DNA of 62,356 nucleotides, the filler included. It is 10 parts of 10 records of this genome, joined end to end, with 100 filler letters (N's around TTAATTAATTAA, not from the genome) between each part and the next. Parts side by side here need not be neighbours in the genome. Positions count along the whole stretch, not along the records: positions 43,806 to 47,514 come from SRR7504441_3395; positions 47,615 to 50,791 come from SRR7504441_3396; positions 50,892 to 59,189 come from SRR7504441_3402; positions 59,290 to 62,356 come from SRR7504441_3418; 6 more parts are not named here. One strand, 5' to 3'. Each line of letters opens with the position of its first letter. The stretch's first letter is position 1. Below the pieces are notes generated by a model. That model searched no databases. It saw only the letters and a list, made by a program, of their open reading frames with translations, and had not been told where the DNA came from. Positions 47,393 through 59,312 of the stretch are shown in pieces. The translations under genes were made by a program, and so were the position numbers.

Positions 47393-47614
47393 CGAACTTG
47401 GCGAGCCCACACCCAACGGTGATTTGCTGACCTGATCACCCCTCATGATGATGATCATGAGTGGGGCCGGCGAGCTGTAGACTCCGTAGACTAGTGGACC
47501 GACCTACTGACCTANNNNNNNNNNNNNNNNNNNNNNNNNNNNNNNNNNNNNNNNNNNNTTAATTAATTAANNNNNNNNNNNNNNNNNNNNNNNNNNNNNN
47601 NNNNNNNNNNNNNN

Positions 47615-50600
47615 CAAGCGGATGCAGATTTGCTGGATGCTGGATTGAACTCTCAACAAGGCATAGGACTCTTAAAAGCACTCGAGGCAGAAACAGGTAA
47701 AGATCTCCCGCCAGGGCTCTTGTTTGAGCATCCGTCAATCAATGCGATCGCGCAGCATCTTGATAGCGACCACGGCAAAGCGACTGATCTGCACCATGAC
47801 GGCCTGGCGACAACATCCAGTGCTACAGAGCGTGAAAAAAAGAGCTCTCAAGCGAGCAGCAGCAAAGGCAATCACACGTCATCGAGGGTGGTTACTGCTT
47901 ACACCACAAGGACTCACCAAACCAAGGAGAGAAACGACCCAAGGGTCAAAATCGGTAGCAGGGACGCGCAACGAAGGTCAAAATCGGTAAGTGATTACTT
48001 AGCCCGTCATACGGCTCAACAAAGTTCAGGCTCTCGTGTGAGTGGTGTTAGTTCTGATCAGCATGCAAGCCAAAGAACCCAAAGTATGTCAATCGATGCT
48101 CCAGGGCGTTCAGATTCGAGTGTTGAGCTGGTAAGGTATGTCCTGTTGCGGCATTTCCAAGCAGTTGAGCTAGATGACGACTTGATGGAAGCTGGACTCA
48201 ATTCACAGCAGGGAACAACAGTGATTAGAGTGCTCGAAGAATCGACGGGCATGTTATTGCCACCGGGGTTGCTCTTTGAGCATCCTTCTGTTCGGGAAAT
48301 TGGAGAGCACCTGGACCAGGCATTAAATCACACCAATCACACAGGAAGCAATGACACAAATCCGTATAAAGTGAGTTGGGCCCAAAGTGACCAAGACAAC
48401 AACAAAGAAGCTCTTGGGTCAGCAAATAGGGGAGTTGACCGAAGGCGTGATGCTGCCAATTCTGTGGCAATGCATGATTTGACATCCTCCAATTCGGGTG
48501 CGAAGGAACAAATTCAGCAATCAATTGTTAAAGATGTGCCTAACACGCATTTGGAGAAGGGCCCTGAAACAGCCCTTGGCAATGATTCTGTTGGCCTAAT
48601 CCAACAGACAGAGCGAGGTGACACGGACAGCCAACGGCGGCCCAGCATCTTGGTCAGTACTGTAGCTCTGCTTTACCTCACCACCATACCATTGCTACCA
48701 GGATGGGCGCTGTTCTACCTGACATTCCACCACGTCTACCCTGCACACGGAGATTGGGCGCTAACCATCCTGGCATTCGTGCCTTTGGGGTGGCTTGCCT
48801 GGGGGTTGTCGCTGTGTCTGATGGTAGTGCTCAGTAAGTGGCTCCTGTTTGGCCGTCTCGATCCAGGTGCCACCGCTTTATCATTATCGGCTCACATGCT
48901 CATGTCACAGGTCAGCGTTTTTATATTGCCAGCTGGCTTGGTTGGCGATGGTGGGTGGCAAGTCGGCTACAACATTTGGCCATCAGATCCTTTGTCTCCC
49001 AGCTCAGGCGCACCTGGTGAGTGTACATCTCCCAACAAGGCTGAGATTCCGCCGTATGCAGGTTAGTACTGCTGTATTTCAGAGCATTGGGCTGCCAGCT
49101 TCGTCAAGGGCTGCTTTTGGAGTCGGTTGATTTGTTTGAACCTGATATGATCTCAATGGGGGCTCACTGTGTAGTCAATACGCGGGTTGTTCTCAAGGGA
49201 TACAGCTTAGCTCACATAAATGGTGGCCACTGGGTCTCGGTGGGACCAATTGCTTTGGGCTCCGGCTGCTGTGTACACCCGGGTGCAATTCTCGAACCAG
49301 GCACAGAAGTTCTGGATGGTCACTCAGTGCCAGTGTTGGCCGATAAGGACACCCAATACACTGCTGGCGAAGAGTTTGACACGGAAGAGCGCTCATGCTT
49401 CGCAACTCTGCTGCAAGTGTCGATTGATTATGTAGCATTGTATCTAATGATTGCTGTTGCGGCATGTGCTGCTTACCCAGCCTTTAGAGTAGCATCCTGG
49501 TTGCTAGCGCATTTTGAAGTGTACCCGTGGGCTGCACTCAAGGGCCTGGACGTCCCATCTTTAGAGGAGAGTAACTTTGCTTTCATGCTAATTGGCTACT
49601 TCTTGCTCCTGCCTCCGTGGTATGGTCCCTTTGTGTTCATTTTCAACAGAGCAGAGGATTCAACTGCGACTGTCACAGTCCAAGGGGTTTCGTATACCAC
49701 GACAGTGGATTCGATTCAAGGCCTAGACTACTTTGTGATGGATGTGTTCACCAATGAGTTCTATGTGTTTGGTGTGCTCTGGATCGTCGCTGTTGCATTT
49801 CTAGTCTATCAGTGGTGCATGTTATTGGCAACAATCCTCTTGAAATGGACACTGGTGTACCGCACTCGCTGCGACGGTGTAATCAGTGTGGGATCGCATT
49901 GGGCCATCCGCAAGTTGCTGTTCGAGCGCCTGATGACCTGGACATTTGTCCGCTTTGTCGATGACAGATTCCTTGTAATGCTGTTTTTGCGGGTCTGTGG
50001 GGCATCAGTCGGCAGTTTGGTTAGTTTGCCGCCCGGGTTTGGATCAGTTGCAGATCCTGACCTCCTCGAAGTCGAAACAGACACACATCTCGCATCTTCA
50101 ATCTGCACCTCACTTTGGCTGACACCCCGCAAGCTTCTCTTCGGAAGCATTAGAACAGAACAAAGAGCCCTGGCGGGAGGCGGTAGTGTGCTGATGCCTG
50201 GGAGCATATTACGTGAAGGGAGTGGAGTCGGGTTCATGTCGGCAGTTAATTGCAACATGGAATGCCGAGGTGGGCTCATGTACGCCGGCCGTCCAGTGGC
50301 ACATGCAGTGAGTCGGATCGAGTCAACGCCTCAGCAGCTGACACTGTTCGACAAGTTAGTGAATAGCTGCGCACCTTTAATGTGTGGCTTCTCGATTCAG
50401 GTGGTCGGAGCACTAGTTCTGTACCCTGCGCTAGTCATCTCTACCAAGTTGGTCGTTTCACAAGGTAACTACGACTTGGCAACCGCACTGATGCCCTTGC
50501 TTTTTTGGTGCTACAGTCTTACTGTGGCTGTGACGAGTGGGCTACTGTGGTGGGTTGCTGGCCATGCAAAAGACGGCGACACCTTTGGGCTATGGAGTGG

Positions 50601-50791
50601 CAAGCCTGAATGGTGGTTTCGGGTACCTATTGGTCTGCGCACAACCATGGCCGAGGACTGGGTTGCGGGGACCGAGCTCTTTGCTTGGCTGTTCCGACTC
50701 CATGGCGCGCGCATCGGAAAAAGCACGACACTGTTTGCAGAATACATACTTGAGCCCGAAGTGTCGACCATAGGCGAAGGTAGCATTATGG
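47615..50791 (+). CDS. Two phosphopantetheine carrier domains + membrane/left-handed beta-helix NRPS terminal domain (Pls-like); partial at both ends, 2 introns
   Basis: GLNS motifs (Ser codons 47651 and 48203), each followed by LPPGLLFEHPS. Three TM + LbH units: FRALGCQL, LRVCGASVG and FRLHGARIG. Confidence 0.85.
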
Positions 50792-51032
50792 NNNNNNNNN
50801 NNNNNNNNNNNNNNNNNNNNNNNNNNNNNNNNNNNTTAATTAATTAANNNNNNNNNNNNNNNNNNNNNNNNNNNNNNNNNNNNNNNNNNNNGTCAATGAG
50901 AATAAAACCCCCTCAAATGTAGAATTTAGCTTGGGGTCAGTCCGTTATGATCATTATATGATCATGATACACTGATGATTTTGGTTGACAGTCAGCCGTC
51001 CGTCGAGCTGATATCTATTTAATATACAGCAG

Positions 51033-53285
51033 CTAGATGCTGAATTCGAGGCTGAATCGGAACTCGAGGTTTGTATCGGCCGGGTCGAAAGGATACCACT
51101 GCGGATAGTTCGTGCCCCACAGGTTGTTCCAGAGGTTCCAACTGGCGCCTTGACTCAAGTCCGGAAGCCCAAACGGCTCCTGCACAGAGGTGCCGGCGCT
51201 GGTCGGGAACGCGGTCGGTTCGCCGTAGCAGAGCAGACCGGCGTCCAGTGAGGCGACCCGTAAACTGCCACCCGCCGCGCCATGCCAGTCGACCGCCTCA
51301 GCGCCATGCAAGTGAGCCGACCCGTGGCTGACAAGGGCAGTGGCGTTGCTACTCAGCCCGAGGGTCTGGTGGCTCCAGCTGCCAGTGGCGTTCGGATTGA
51401 AAGTGACGAATGCGGCCTCAGGCAGCCTGGTGGCTGTCTTCTGGAGAGCCGTGACGACAATGTCCATTTGCGAGCCGCTGGCGTTAACACTCACCATCAC
51501 CGTCTGTGGCGCACCGTAGTCCTCGTACGCCGCCGGTGTCATTGTGAGGTTGAGCATAAAGAGGGTCGTACCGCCAGAGGCGGCCACATGCACAGAGGCT
51601 AGGGTGGGAGTCCAGACCGCGCTTGTGGCGCTATTGCGGTCATGTACGGCTCCAGGCATCCCCGGCATCCCCGGCTTGCAAAAGTCCTTGTCTCCGCAGT
51701 CCGGCACACTGGAGCCATTCTTGTTCTCTCTGTACTGGGCGACATAGTTTGAAACGTCAACAGCGCTGTACGAGCGGTAGGAGAACCTGGCTAGCTGAGC
51801 ACCCCCCAGCACCAGGGCGCCGTCTTCTGCCAAATCGAGAGGCACGGAGAACCCAGGTAGGCTGAACGTTCTTTGCTTTGTCAGGTTCATTCCAGCTGTC
51901 GACGGCACAGTCGGAGGCGCTAGCTCGGTTTTGATCTCCGCAGCAAGAGGGTGCGATCCGAGTGCGTCGAGTGCCGTGTCAATTCCCCACAGCCGCTGCT
52001 CCTGCCAGCTGCTCTCCATGTCCTGAAAGTTGCTCTTGCTCCGCCTGGCAGTTTGCAGCTCGCTATTAGTCCAGGCCCGCATGTAGCTGTCCTTGTCTTT
52101 GCCTAGCCAAGTCTTCACGTCTTTCCCCCAGGCTGGCCCCAACAGTCAGCCGGCTTATCAATCAGGCAACGCACTGTGCTCGCCGTTCTTCATGAGTAAA
52201 CGGGTGAAGTTCGCGATCTCGGCCGCTTGTGGGTCACAACGGCCGGACTCGACACATGCTGTCCGGTGCCTCATCATGGCCCTCATCGCGCGTGTTTTGA
52301 AGGGATCCGATTGCATGCCGTGTATCCAGGTATCCCCGATCTCCTGAGTCACTACCGGCAGCTCGCCCGACGCATTCGCCCGCACCAGCGCCGGCAAGAA
52401 GTCGTCAAATCGAGCGGTACGGATCGTGGCGTTCGGGAACTCCTTTCGCATCTTGGCCCACTGAGCTTCCACCCCAGAGACACTCAAAGGACCCGAGTTG
52501 TCGCCATTCCAGTCCGGACAGAGCGCCTCGCCGGCCGCGTAGTGGCAGTCGGCCCGTCCATCCCCGCCATACCCGCCCCGGTGGAACAGCACGAATACTT
52601 CTTGCCCTGCTACTCTCCACCGAAACACCGGCGCAGTCGCTTCTGGGGCGAGCGGCACTGGCGCCTCGTTGATCCCGTTCGCCCCAATCGAGACGATCCG
52701 GATTCCGTTGGCCGCAAACACCGGGACCACCGCCCGGCTGATCCCGGGGACGTCCCGCTGGCTGTAAGCCACCGAGGGCAGGCCGCCGTTGGCTAGGCTC
52801 ACGTTTCGTGAGAAGGCCAGCCCGGCGGCGAGGGTGGTGGCGTCGAAGGTCTCAGGCTCGCCCGAGTGCGGGAAGCCGGCCAGCCAGAGGTCGCCCCGCT
52901 GGATCGCCGCCCGGACGCTGGCCTTGGCCGGCTCGGACGGGCAGTGCAGCCCAGGCCAGGCCGGGCAATCCATGTAGATCGAGATGAGATACGGGAAGGT
53001 CATGAAGCTCAGCCGGGCCTCGCCCCCGGCCGCAGTCAGGTTGGCGGCGGTCTGGATGGCCGCCTGGTAGAAATGGTCGAAGTACCGGTTGAGGATCCCG
53101 GCGCACGAATCGGCGAACCCGACGTCCAGGTGGCAGCTCTGCACCACGTGCACCGTGTGGATCCCCGGAGGCGGGGCCGGCGGCGGCGGGCCGGTGTATG
53201 CCGGCTCCGGCCAGTCGTCGCACAAGGCACCGGCTGCAAGGGAGAGCACCACCACGAGCAGAGTGCGCATTTGAGGGAGGAGCAT
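51033..53285 (-). CDS. Secreted GH38-like / DUF5054 protein, 1 intron
   Basis: Signal peptide, HVVQSCHLDVGF, SQRDVPG, GDNSGP, EIGDTWIHGMQSDP, EH|TWG and WNLWNNLWGTNYPQWY. Confidence 0.85.
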
Positions 53286-53962
53286 TGGAGAGCCGCGTTC
53301 GAATTCCGTTAAAATCTGGCAATGGCGGTTGTGTCTGAGCTACTGTAGCTCGTAACGCGGTAGTAACGCGGAGGCAGAGGAACTGGTCGACCGTTGCAGG
53401 CACTCTCAGGACAGCTCAAGGTTCAAGATCCCGGACCCGCTCTCGGCTGAGGCCTCGGGCGCGGGCCCCGCCTGCGATTTGTCCTGATTCAGCAGCATGG
53501 CGCAGATGCCTCGGTCATTGGAACGGGTACGGTGGCAGGATGGTCTGGGGCGTACCCGTGGGGCACGTTCTGTGTCCACGGGGTCACGTTCTGCGCGCCG
53601 CTGGTCTTCCAGCTCCTGGACGTCGGGATGTCTCCTGTCGTGCAGAGGAGGTGGGTGAGGACCAACCCGAGGACAAGGAGGGCGGCGGGGCACCAGACGA
53701 TCCGGGACGCCGGGATGACAAAGCCTAGACAAAGCCGATCGGCTACGTACGAGCCGGACAAGAACGTACCAATACTTGGTAAAATGGAAACACTACGGGA
53801 AAAGGCAGGCCACATGGGAGCCCGAAGCCTTTATTTGATCTAGCCTACAGAGCATAGGGATCAACTCTTGGAACTCTGATACGTAGCTCACTCAACTCGT
53901 GATGCGCCAGAACAACAATCCGCGACAACAACACTAGCTGGCGGTTGGACTTGTTTCAAGAA

Positions 53963-56680
53963 ATGGACCACAGGCGCTCGCCAAAGAGCCCCACTGGACG
54001 AGGGAGGCGGTCGGCGGCCCTCGCGGCGCTGCTGATGCTGGCCGTGATGCCCCAAGCATCCAAAGCTGGACAGCACGGCGACGAGCCCTCCGCGTGCGCT
54101 GCAAAGCTGGACACCACAGACGAGATGGCATATGCCTCCCTCGCCTCGGTGGGGCGGCAGGACGAGGAATTCGGGACGGCCGTGGCCGTTGAAGAGAGCT
54201 GGGCGGTGGTGGGGGCCCCGCGGGACCCAGGGATGACCGCCAACCAGCTCAACGACACTCTGAGCAACGATGGAGCGCAGGATTTCGCGGACGACCTGCT
54301 AGCGTCGGCGGTGCAGGACGGAGCCGTGATGGTCTACAACCGGGGAGGCGGTCTACACGGGAAGTGGCGCAAGCATGTCCGGCTGATCCCGTCGGACCAT
54401 GAGTCGACGGCGTCGGAGCAGTGCCGGGCATCCCGAGCCGCGATGGAGATGGTGACGACGATCGGGGCAGCGGTTCCGGCGCTCGTGGTCAGGACAGCCG
54501 TGGAGCAGCACGTGATCAAGGCCATGTTCGGCGCTTTCAGCTTTTGCATGGACATGGGAGGCGCCGGTCCGCGGCTGTACCTGGTCGGAGATGAGCTACA
54601 GGTGCATCAGGCGGGCGCATCAGCCAAGGTGGAGCAACTGACGCCGGAGCAGCGGGACGCCTTGCTCGACAACACGACGGAGGAAGACATCAAGGTGTGG
54701 ATCAGCCAGAGCCTGACGGAGGAGAACAGTGGCGAAGGCAGTGAAGCCATGCTCAAGGCAGTGAGACAGAAGTCCGGAGTTCACCTTGGGGTGTGCAAGC
54801 TGCTCACGGGGATTGCACAATTCGCCACCCTCAATGTGCTGCCGGCCTACATGTGGTACGCGCTCCGGAATCTGATCATGCCCTGGAACCACCAAGAGAT
54901 CACCCCGTGTGGCTCGCGTTTCGGGTCTGCCGTCGCCATCAAGGGAGGTCGAGTGCTGGTCGGGGCACCTTTCTTTACTGACCCAGCCGTACCGGGCGGC
55001 GGAGAGTACACCGGGGCGGCGTATGTGTTCACCCTGCAGCGGGACGGATCGTTCGTGCAGACTGCCAAGCTAACTGCGCAGGTCCCAAAGGAAAGGTCGC
55101 TGTTTGGGTCTGCTGTCGGAATCAATGGAGACATCATCGCCATCGGGGCGCGCGGCTTCTGCTCGTCGGGCTGCGCTGGCTCGGTTCACATCTTCAGGCG
55201 GTCGGGGTCCAGCTGGGTTCCAGAGACGATGCTGACACCCTCCCATCTTGGCGCTCCGGAGTCTTCGCCTGGAGACATGTTTGGCCTCTCCCTCAGCTTG
55301 AGCAGCGGCGGCCGGCTGGTGGTGGGCGCCACTGGTGCCAACGCTATCGGAGCCAAGGCCACAGGAGCCGCCTACATATTCGACCGAACCGACGGCTGGT
55401 TCAGTGATCCTGAGTGGACTCAAGCTGCGAGACTGGTGCCAGAGAACAGCGGCAATATCGGGTTCGGGCACAGCGTGGCAGTCGACGCCGACACGGTCAT
55501 GGTTGGGGCTGTCGACCCCACAGGAGCGAGCGATATGACTGGGGCCGTCTACGCGTATTCCAATGATGGCGGGACCTGGGACAAGCAGCAGCAGCTCGAC
55601 TCCCCCACGGCTCCAGGTGCCATGTTCGGTAGCAGCATCGCTGTCGTCGGGGACTACGCTATTGTTGGGGCGGCCGGGATGGACCAGCCGAGCGTGCCAT
55701 ACCAGTCCGGGCTCTATGGGATGCTCGGGCTGCGACAGTCGATGAGTGGTGTCGGGGCGGGCTGGATGTATCACAAGCGGAGCAATCGCTGGCAAACAGT
55801 GCCCAAGCCGAGACTCGACCCAACCTGCCCCCTCACTGAAGCCGGCGCCCAGTTTGGATCATCGGTGGCGCTTACTGGCTGTGCATTCGGGCTCACTGCA
55901 CTAGTCGGAGTACCCTACGACGTATCTGGCTCGGTTTATGTCTTCGAGACACCTCGACCCAGCCACTGGTCCAAGTTCGTGATGTCTGTTTCAGGCCTCT
56001 TCGGGAGCAAGCCTCAAGCCGGCGTGGCCGAGCTGACCGACACGTTCAGGTACGAGCGACAGACAGGCACGCTCTCGGCTACAGTCTCCCAGTTGCTTGC
56101 AGGCTACCTGAGCAAGACCACGCCCGTGGCCGGCCCGGACCAGGCGCAGGAGTTCGCCGAGAGAGATGTGGACTTCCAGATGTCGAGCCGTCGCGAGGCT
56201 GTCACAGTGACACTGATGATCCCGACCTATGGTGAGGGCCCGGCGCGGGCTGTCTTGGAAGGACTCCCGGTGTTTCTCTCCTCGGCGGAGTTTGCAGCTG
56301 AGCTGAATGCAATCTCTCTTCTCGGAAACGTGACCATGACATTACACACAGTGGAGATCGTGGCCACTGCTGACAGCGGCAGCAGCAGCACAAGCAGCGC
56401 TTTGATTGTGCTGGCTGTGCTGGCTGTGCTGTTGGTACTGGTGCTGGCTGTGCTGGTGGTCGGCGGGCTGTACTACATCTGGAAGCAAGAGACGGCGCCT
56501 GCGCACCACGCTGCGCCCACACCACCCGAGATGGAGATGTCCCCAAACAATAGCATCATTGTGGGCACCTTGGTGAGCAACATCGACGTTGACGTGAATC
56601 CTATCCACGAAGAGGAGAAGAAGCCACTTACGCCGAAGAATGAGATACAAGTGCTCAAGGCATCTTACGCCAAAGAATAG
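53963..56680 (+). CDS. FG-GAP repeat (integrin-alpha-type beta-propeller) type I membrane protein, intronless
   Basis: Repeated FG.AVA....VVGAP...GAAYVF units, a signal-like N-terminus, a C-terminal TM (LIVLAVLAVLLVLVLAVLVVGGLYYIW) and a short tail. Confidence 0.88.
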   Translation: MDHRRSPKSPTGRGRRSAALAALLMLAVMPQASKAGQHGDEPSACAAKLDTTDEMAYASLASVGRQDEEFGTAVAVEESWAVVGAPRDPGMTANQLNDTLSNDGAQDFADDLLASAVQDGAVMVYNRGGGLHGKWRKHVRLIPSDHESTASEQCRASRAAMEMVTTIGAAVPALVVRTAVEQHVIKAMFGAFSFCMDMGGAGPRLYLVGDELQVHQAGASAKVEQLTPEQRDALLDNTTEEDIKVWISQSLTEENSGEGSEAMLKAVRQKSGVHLGVCKLLTGIAQFATLNVLPAYMWYALRNLIMPWNHQEITPCGSRFGSAVAIKGGRVLVGAPFFTDPAVPGGGEYTGAAYVFTLQRDGSFVQTAKLTAQVPKERSLFGSAVGINGDIIAIGARGFCSSGCAGSVHIFRRSGSSWVPETMLTPSHLGAPESSPGDMFGLSLSLSSGGRLVVGATGANAIGAKATGAAYIFDRTDGWFSDPEWTQAARLVPENSGNIGFGHSVAVDADTVMVGAVDPTGASDMTGAVYAYSNDGGTWDKQQQLDSPTAPGAMFGSSIAVVGDYAIVGAAGMDQPSVPYQSGLYGMLGLRQSMSGVGAGWMYHKRSNRWQTVPKPRLDPTCPLTEAGAQFGSSVALTGCAFGLTALVGVPYDVSGSVYVFETPRPSHWSKFVMSVSGLFGSKPQAGVAELTDTFRYERQTGTLSATVSQLLAGYLSKTTPVAGPDQAQEFAERDVDFQMSSRREAVTVTLMIPTYGEGPARAVLEGLPVFLSSAEFAAELNAISLLGNVTMTLHTVEIVATADSGSSSTSSALIVLAVLAVLLVLVLAVLVVGGLYYIWKQETAPAHHAAPTPPEMEMSPNNSIIVGTLVSNIDVDVNPIHEEEKKPLTPKNEIQVLKASYAKE

Positions 56681-56690
56681 AATCAAGTGT

Positions 56691-56784
56691 TGACAACTTC
56701 AACACATCACTTATACCACATCACTTTAATTTATACGTACCACATGACAAGTTCAACACATCACTTTGTACCACAACACTTATT
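56691..56784. repeat. Imperfect ~40-nt direct duplication in a 3' UTR/intergenic region
   Basis: tgacaacttcaacacatcacttataccacatcactt versus tgacaagttcaacacatcactttgtaccacaacactt. Confidence 0.7.
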
Positions 56785-56979
56785 CTAATGGAACTTTATA
56801 AATCCAATTTTTGTCAAACACAACGAGCTATACGCCATTGCTATTGTATACACGTGCTCTCGCTACACGATGAACTATTATAGTAGACTAGCTACACAGA
56901 GCTTCGTAAGAGCTTCGTACACGCAGCCTTGGTTCGGCAACGTCACCTGGCTGTGCCACGCGCGGGCGGGCGGATACGA

Positions 56980-59076
56980 ATGGCGTTGCAGCAGGAGCTC
57001 GAGGCGCGCGGGGTGCCGGCCGGGCTGCGGGCTCGGGCGGAGGAGCTGGTGGTGGGGTGCGAGTTCGACGCCGGCCGATGGGTGGCCCTGCAGCAGCACC
57101 CGGACGGCAGCGCCGGGCTGGTCGCCGCTGCGGACCTGCCGGATGCCACCATCTTCTTGATAGACCACTGCTGGTCGTTTGACGGGGCGCCCACCGCGCT
57201 GCAGGCGCTGCACCAGCTGCCGCGGGCCCAGCTGGCCGACCGCATAGCCGCGCTGGTCCCGACAGAGTGCGGAACCGGACCCGGCTGGCAACGCGAGCTG
57301 CTCCAGGCGGCGCTCCCGCTGGTCGGCCGGTACAGTACCGGGCCTGGACACAGCGTGTGCTTCGTGATGGACGAGGTGGGGTCCAGGCTGGGGCACGAGC
57401 CTGACAGCCCGAATATGGGGCTCTGCCCGGTGGTTCACAGCGAGCTTGGGCTGGCGTATAGCCTGGCCTGGTCGCTTCGACCGATCCGCCAGGGCGAGCC
57501 GCTTGCTGCATGCTGGCGGGACCCGGAGCTGCAGGCCGAGCTGCAGGCCGAGCTGGCCAGTGCGGCTGACCCGGACGCCGCAGCTGAGCCGGCCGAGGGT
57601 CCGGTTCAGCTGTGGCCAGGTGACGGGGCGAGCTGCTGCCGGGTCGGAGTGGCTTGCATCACCCCACCGCCGCCCGGGGTGAGCTTCGCGGTGCTGACCG
57701 ACTCGGAGACCGTGGCCGGGGCTAGGCTGGCCGAGGCCGCCGCTGCGGCTCAGGTGCCAGCCAAGAAGGCAATGCTGGCTGAGTGCGTGCACGGCAGCCG
57801 AGGAAAGGATTGCTCTACGATACTAGCATAAGTCCGGAGGCATTCAGCCGGGGGGCGGCCGAGGACCCGGAGTTGGCGGGACGGGCTGCAGCTGAGCTGG
57901 CCGATCGGTACGATGTGTTGATGCAGTATGCAGTTGGCGACCTGGTTGAGGTGGGTGCCGCGTGTGATCAACTCACATATCCTGGGCAGAACTGCAGCTG
58001 CGGCGAGCGAATCAGCCGGTGCAAGGACATCTTGGCGGTGCTTGAGCAGCTGGCGGCCGGGCCCTGCACGCTGCTGCCCAGCTTTGCTGTGCTTGAATTC
58101 CCGTTCTACAAGACACGGTACCTGTCGACCGGTGCTTGGCTTGATTGAGTGCAGCTATATGGCGCATCTGATCGGGCGGGGCGCTCCAGTGATTCCAACC
58201 GTGCTGGTTAGACAGGAAGAGTACGCGTTGACCGGGATTGGGCCGGTGGCTGAGGCAGTGGTGGCTCAGCAGAAGACTAACTGGGGCTGTGACATGAAGC
58301 TAGACTGCCGGCTGCTCTTCTGCAAGGTCAGCAGCCCGGGCCTACCTGGCAGCTAGCTCTGGGCAGGCCGACATGCACTGGGCGCGTGAGGGCAATCGGA
58401 CTGCCAAGCTCCACCAGCCGGCTGAGCTGGATTCGATACGCTCGCAGCTCGAGCCGATCTTGGACGAGCTGCTGCTGCAGCACCGGTCTCCTGGGGTGCA
58501 GATTCAGCCATGCCTGCTCGGGCTGGCTGGAGAGCAGCCAGAGTACCGAGGATTCTGGCTGGAAGGCGAGCTGCGTACTGTGGTGCGCTCTGTGGCTGGC
58601 TGGAGGAGAAGTCTAGGCAGGTGACTACGCATTTCAAGGTCCCTGCAGAGCAGCTGCAGCATGCCGCCTGCCCCGTGATGGACCAGGCATTTGGCCCACC
58701 TGTGCGCCTGAGCCTGTGCAGGCGCTCAAGCAGGAGCGCGGGCAAGTGATGGTCTCCGACTTGAAGCTTCCTGACGACAATGAACCGATGAGCAGGATCA
58801 CCTTTGGCGCGATTCGGGAGGTTTGCGCCAGCCTGGAGGTGAGCTGACTGGCCGGGGTAGGCGATGGCTCAGATCAAGGACGGGTTGGTCGAGCTGGCTG
58901 GCGAGGTGCCACCGTTGCTGCGGACGGACATGGCTGTTGATCCGGATACGGGCCGAGTGGTACTTGTGGAGGCCGAGACGGCATTCGATATAAGCTTGTT
59001 CCCACAGCACATGGAATTTGACATCAACGGTGCATTGGCTGATTGGTATGCCGCTACGATTGTGAAAGAGCTGTAA
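56980..59076 (+). CDS. TTLL12-type SET-like N-terminal domain fused to a RimK-like ATP-grasp domain, multi-intron
   Basis: TTLL12-like: IFLIDHCWSF, VMDEVGSRLGH..PN and AYSLAWSLRPIRQGE. ATP-grasp-like: K..YMAHLIGRGAPVIPT, VQIQP..EYR and LRTDM..LVEAE..ISLFP. Confidence 0.65.
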
Positions 59077-59312
59077 AAGACATATTTCAGAGTGACGCAT
59101 AATTTCAGTTTACTAGATTATTCGTTAGATTAATCGACGGTTTAATCGCAGATTCATCGCTAGATTATGTCCCATTTAAAAGGATCGTTNNNNNNNNNNN
59201 NNNNNNNNNNNNNNNNNNNNNNNNNNNNNNNNNTTAATTAATTAANNNNNNNNNNNNNNNNNNNNNNNNNNNNNNNNNNNNNNNNNNNNATTGAGGTGGA
59301 GCCTCGTGGTGG

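Noticed and set aside
53406-53843. Possible small gene with a duplicated CAGAACGTG between the DUF5054 and FG-GAP genes
   Set aside because: No convincing start, frame or homology could be established.
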